From assembly GCA_048213135.1 (NCBI GenBank), contig PS015165.1, positions 22,970 through 57,262 on the forward strand: a DNA stretch of 34,293 bases. The letters are read 5' to 3'. Of this stretch, positions 26,843-34,293 are shown piece by piece. The stretch is from Reclinomonas americana ATCC 50394 (lineage: Eukaryota). Position numbers and translations under genes: made by a program. Numbering within the stretch: position 1 is the first letter of the stretch; every line of letters begins with the position of its first letter. The notes beneath the pieces are model-generated. The model was not told where the DNA came from, searched no databases, and saw only the letters and a program-made list of their open reading frames with translations.

Positions 26843-27141
26843 GGTGTCTTGACTCTCTCTCTCTCTCTTCTTCTTCTTCTTCTTCTTATGAGAGAGTGTC
26901 GGGTGTGTGCCGGCTCCACACGCCACCAACTCTGCCTTCGGAAAAACTTACAATTGGTCGTTGCCGCCAATTGCATGATTGATCGCTCACAGGGAGAGAA
27001 ACGCAGAGAAACGCCCTCTGTCTCTCTGTGATCGCAGCGAGTAGTCGATGTGATGAATGCTGAGCGTGGGATACATGAGAGTCGCCTTGTTGAAACGAAG
27101 CGCGATCTGTGGAGAAGGAACAAGCACGCACACATACTGTT

Positions 27142-27250
<109 letters not shown>

Positions 27251-27581
27251 CTGCCGCCTAGACTGCAGGTTGTGTTGATTGTGCTTCCGTCGCCATCCGG
27301 ATCCACCAAACGGAAGCTGCACGTCTCCAACTAATTCACATCTACCGCCGAAAGCACGCCCACATAGTCGATACTGCTGCACCATTCGAGAAGGGCTCTT
27401 TGACGTCGGAAGCATCACCCCACTCAACAATTCCGCATGCTGCTGACCGCTGTTTGTTGCGATCCTTCAGTAAACACTAATGGTGCATTTTCCTTTTCAT
27501 TTTTGCAGGCGCGTGTGGCCAACCCCTTCCTCCTTTCCCACGCACACACGCACTACTATGTTTGCCTACTACACACAACTG

Positions 27582-30346
27582 CTACCGCATATCATCCACA
27601 ACACTATTAACGGAGGCCGCCTCGGCCCCAAGCGTCCCTGCTGCCTCGGCGGCCGCAGCGGCCACCGCTGCTGCTGCCACTCCGCCGTTCGCCACGTGCG
27701 CATGCGCAATGGCCCCCATGTCCACATCGTGGCCACTGCCGCTGGGTAACCTGGAGCCGTCCATGGGATCGAGCATGCTCTCGGAGAGCCACAACTCCGA
27801 CGAGCTGGACCGGTGGTGGTCGGAGAGCGGTCGCCGCCGCAGCCAATCGGCAAACGGCGACTCGGAGGCCGAGCGACAATGCCGCAGCAAGAGGGAGGTG
27901 TAGGCGTGGGCCACGTTCAGCGCCATACTGGCCACCTCCAAGAACGGCAGCTCCAAGCTGCTGCCCGTGGTGGCTGGCAACGTGCGTGTCCTCGACGGTC
28001 TCCTCCTCCGTCTCCGGTTGGCCGGCAGGGCGAGTTCGTTCTGAGCCTCGGCCGTCGTGACCTCCAGACTCCTCTCGATCCAGGTGAGCTCCATTTCCAG
28101 GGCGGCTGAAGGGGGGAAGGGGGAAGTGTGAGTGCATGTAGAATGGAAACTCAGCATTTTGAGGGAGAGAGCGAGAGAGAGAGAAAGAAAGACGAGCGTG
28201 TACAACTCAGCATGCATTGAGCTGGGACTCAGCATCTGCCCACCACTCAAAAGCTGTAACGCGCATAGACTGCACACTCTCAGATCATGCCTAGCAACTC
28301 ACGCCCAAGGTCGCTGGCAACAAAGACGCACACAAATAGTCTGGACACTCTCTTGGCATACTCCCTATCGTTCCAATCCACTCCCTAACAGACAGCTGAA
28401 ATGCACAGCACATCTCTCTCACAAGCAATGTCGACGAATCAGGCTAACATATTCTCCAGTCAAAGCACGCCATTCTACTCGAAACAATCACTTGCACGAG
28501 CGGCACAGCAAAGAACACGAATAAGCACTTTTCTCATTTTCGCAGGATGCCGATCTACTCCATCTGCCTCTCGCCTCATCTCGCTGACAACCAAGTCGCA
28601 GACGAATAGGCCACCCCCACTCTTGGCATACTCTCTTCTCTTGCCATTCCACTCTGTCACAGACAAGTGACATGCACACCCCACCTCGCTGACTCTCGCT
28701 TTGTCACCCTTATCTCAACCCATTCCACTCGAAACAATCACTGGCACGAGTACCATGCACGCCGCATATCTCTCACAACCAAGGCAAACGACCGACACTG
28801 CGTTCTCACTCACAGCGCACACAACCCATCTCGCCCACTTCGCTGCATTCTCACTCTTATCGCAAGCCGTCCACTCAAAACTGCAAATCTCTCACAACCA
28901 CTGCATTCTCTGCGCAGTCTCTGATTACTTTCCCTCTTACACCTTTCACCTCACTCTTGGTACCCTCTCATCGTCTCTTGCATCAAGCCCTCACTAAAAA
29001 GGCACACAATGCGATTCCGGTATTCTCTATCGCTGCTCAATATTACCAAAAATGATCCGCTCCATATTGCTCTTAGGAAGCCACACTCTGTCACTCACTC
29101 ACCAGCCTTGTCCAACCACATTTCGAGATGCGCCTCGCTGAACCCAATGCACAGAAACACTCCGTCGGGACTCCACGCGACGCTCTCCGCCTCCAACCCA
29201 GCCCCCGCACTCGACAACACTCGCAAAACTGTCCCGTCTTTGGATCTGCGGGAGCGCACACACGAGTCAGGCACACAGATCACTCACATGGCAACGAAAG
29301 AATGCGGAACACGCAACTGCACGACATTATGTAAACCATCCGCCGACAACACCACCAGCGTGTCGCCGAGAGGACACCACTGCATGTCGGTGATCATGGG
29401 CGACATGCGCGATGTGCTGATCCGGTGGCCCGTCTGCGCATCGATGCACAGCAGCATGCCGTTGAACAGCGCAATGGCCAGCGTCGCGCCGTTTCCACTC
29501 CACCGCAGCATGGCCACGTCGCCCGAGGCACCAAATTCATCCTCCTCCTCATCGTCTTCCTCGTCGTCATCGTCATCCTCCTCCTCCGCGTCTGCCGTCG
29601 CTTCTCTTCTCCTCATCGGCACATCGTCTGCTGCTGCTGCTGCTGCTGTTGTACCACCGCCATCCTCATCGTCATCCTCGAGCGTGCCACGCACCGCCAT
29701 GGTGGTGAGCAGGCACGCTNNNNNNNNNNNNNNNNNNNNNNNNNNNNNNNNNNNNNNNNNNNNNNNNNNNNNNNNNNNNNNNNNNNNNNNNNNNNNNNNN
29801 NNNNNNNNNNNNNNNNNNNNNNNNNNNNNNNNNNNNNNNNNNNNNNNNNNNNNNNNNNNNNNNNNNNNNNNNNNNNNNNNNNNNNNNNNNNNNNNNNNNN
29901 NNNNNNNNNNNNNNNNNNNNNNNNNNNNNNNNNNNNNNNNNNNNNNNNNNNNNNNNNNNNNNNNNNNNNNNNNNNNNNNNNNNNNNNNNNNNNNNNNNNN
30001 NNNNNNNNNNNNNNNNNNNNNNNNNNNNNNNNNNNNNNNNNNNNNNNNNNNNNNNNNNNNNNNNNNNNNNNNNNNNNNNNNNNNNNNNNNNNNNNNNNNN
30101 NNNNNNNNNNNNNNNNNNNNNNNNNNNNNNNNNNNNNNNNNNNNNNNNNNNNNNNNNNNNNNNNNNNNNNNNNNNNNNNNNNNNNNNNNNNNNNNNNNNN
30201 NNNNNNNNNNNNNNNNNNNNNNNNNNNNNNNNNNNNNNNNNNNNNNNNNNNNNNNNNNNNNNNNNNNNNATGGGGGTGGCGGAGAGCGGCACAAACACGT
30301 GAGGATGTGTGGGAGGAGGAGGTGGAGCAGCAGCACTGGCCGCCAT
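27582..30346 (-). CDS. WD40/beta-propeller protein with acidic insert and low-complexity C-terminus (interrupted by gap 29720-30269)
   Basis: VAMLRWSGNGATLAIALFNG, ITDMQWCPLGDTLVVLSADG and ESVAWSPDGVFLCIG. A phase-1 junction DKA|AALEMEL leads to the last exon ending MR*. The putative start MAASAAAPP at 30346 lies beyond the gap. Confidence 0.7.
28260..28900. repeat. Degenerate intronic tandem duplication, period about 250-270 bp
   Basis: actc(tc)ttggcatactc near 28347 and 28619; cccatt(c/t)..actcgaaacaatcact(t/g)gcacgag near 28469 and 28719. Confidence 0.7.
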
Positions 30347-30595
30347 TCTCTCTCTCTCCTCTCAGTGAGACACACACACGCGCGTGCAGAGAGTAGGAGT
30401 ATGGGACGCGTGCGCGTTGCTCCTTTTCGTCTGCGTGGGTGTGTGATGAATATCAGGACAGAATGGGTTAGATATCTGACGCGCTCGCGCGGTCATGACG
30501 GACAAATGCGAATGCAATGTCGACCTCGTACATTCAGTCACAGTCGACTAATCGGGATGGTACAACGAAAGGAAGGGGGTGATATCATCAGCATC

Positions 30596-32986
<2,391 letters not shown>

Positions 32987-32990
<4 letters not shown>

Positions 32991-33866
32991 AGCAGTACGG
33001 TTTGTGCACACAGGCGAGAAGTAGCAACTGCGGTTCAGCAGGCGACCGCAGCCGAGGTTGCATGCACGACAAAATCCGAACATGCTCCGGACCCCGGCTT
33101 CCTCCACTTTTCTCACACCGTAACCTTGCCAGTACATAGAATGCACATAGTACTACTCATTGCTGCGCTCAAAAGACCGCTAACAGCGCCGCACAACCAT
33201 GCAACAGCGCAGGACACCCGCGACGTTCTCACTTTTCCCCACAAACATGAGCGGGGAGGAAGACGCCGCCTCCTCCTCCTCCTCTCCAGGCAACCTCGAG
33301 ATCTTCTCACTCTCTCGCGTGCTTGCACTCTCTGCTGCGCGACACGGAGGTGGACACCACGCGCACACTTCGTCGTCAGTGACTGGTGGTGCTGGTGGTG
33401 CGAGTGCTGCGAATGGAGCAGTCGGCAGTGTGCAAGTACACATGCGTAGTGAGCAGCATGGCATACACAGGCGTGCAGCAACTGCAGTTCAGCACGAGGT
33501 TTCATGCACAACAAAATCCGAACATGTTCCGGACCCCGGCTTCCTACACTCTTCTCACGCCGCCACTTTGCCTACAGATAAAGCGCACATAGCACTACTC
33601 ATTACTGTGCTCAAAAGGTGCCGCACGACCTCTCAACCATGCAGGACACGCTCGACGTTCCCACTTTTCCCTACAATCATGAGCGGAGAGGAAGACCCCG
33701 CCTCCTCCTCCTCCTCTCCAGGCAACCTCGAGATCTTCTCACTGTCTCGCGTACTCGCACTCTCTGCTGCGCGACACGGAGGTGGACACCACGCGCACAC
33801 TTCGTCGTCTGTGACTGGTGGTGTTGGTGGTGTGAGTGCTGCGAATGGAGCAGTCGGCAGTGTGCA
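32987..33866. repeat. Tandem duplication, 2 copies, period about 432-460 bp
   Basis: atgagcgg(g/a)gaggaagac at 33247 and 33679; gaatggagcagtcggcagtgtgca at 33411 and 33843; acaaaatccgaacatg(c/t)tccggaccccggc present in both copies. Confidence 0.9.
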
Positions 33867-34132
33867 TGTGGGAAGAGGCGCGCGGGAAGGCGCGGCGGAG
33901 GCGGATGATGCCGGGTTAGTCGCGCGTGTGTGTGTGTGTGAGGATGAGTGGAAGGCAATGGGGGATACGTGTGGTCACTTGCGCGTGCACAGAGAGGCTG
34001 TGTTGCTCACTCTTCTCTTTCTCTCTCTATCTCTCTCGCTCTCTCTCTGTTGATTCAGTCGTGCATGCATTGATTGACTGCATTACTCGCTCACTCACTC
34101 AATGGCTCCGTTCTTCTCGTCAGTCACTCTCG

Positions 34133-34293
<161 letters not shown>

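Overview
This is an intron-rich, gene-dense eukaryotic (protist-like) draft scaffold with N-gaps and (GA)n/(CA)n microsatellites. I found no prokaryotic features, CRISPR arrays or recognisable RNA genes. Gene models spliced by hand (almost all on the minus strand) give an EF-hand/WD40 WDR49-like gene, TMEM14, ALG10, a RING/TRAF-zinc-finger/BTK-motif gene, a kinesin-3 with FHA domain, a second WD40 gene and three hypothetical genes. The 3' half of the WDR49-like gene lies on an inverted contig (1-1075). The most striking signals are in splicing. First, a Btk-type zinc finger appears to be assembled from four consecutive microexons of 3, 9, 3 and 3 nt. Second, about a quarter of the resolvable introns use a register-shifted donor, GTTGCG(T) or GTTTCG(T), which lacks the widely conserved G at +5. 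All models are manual and lack RNA-seq support.
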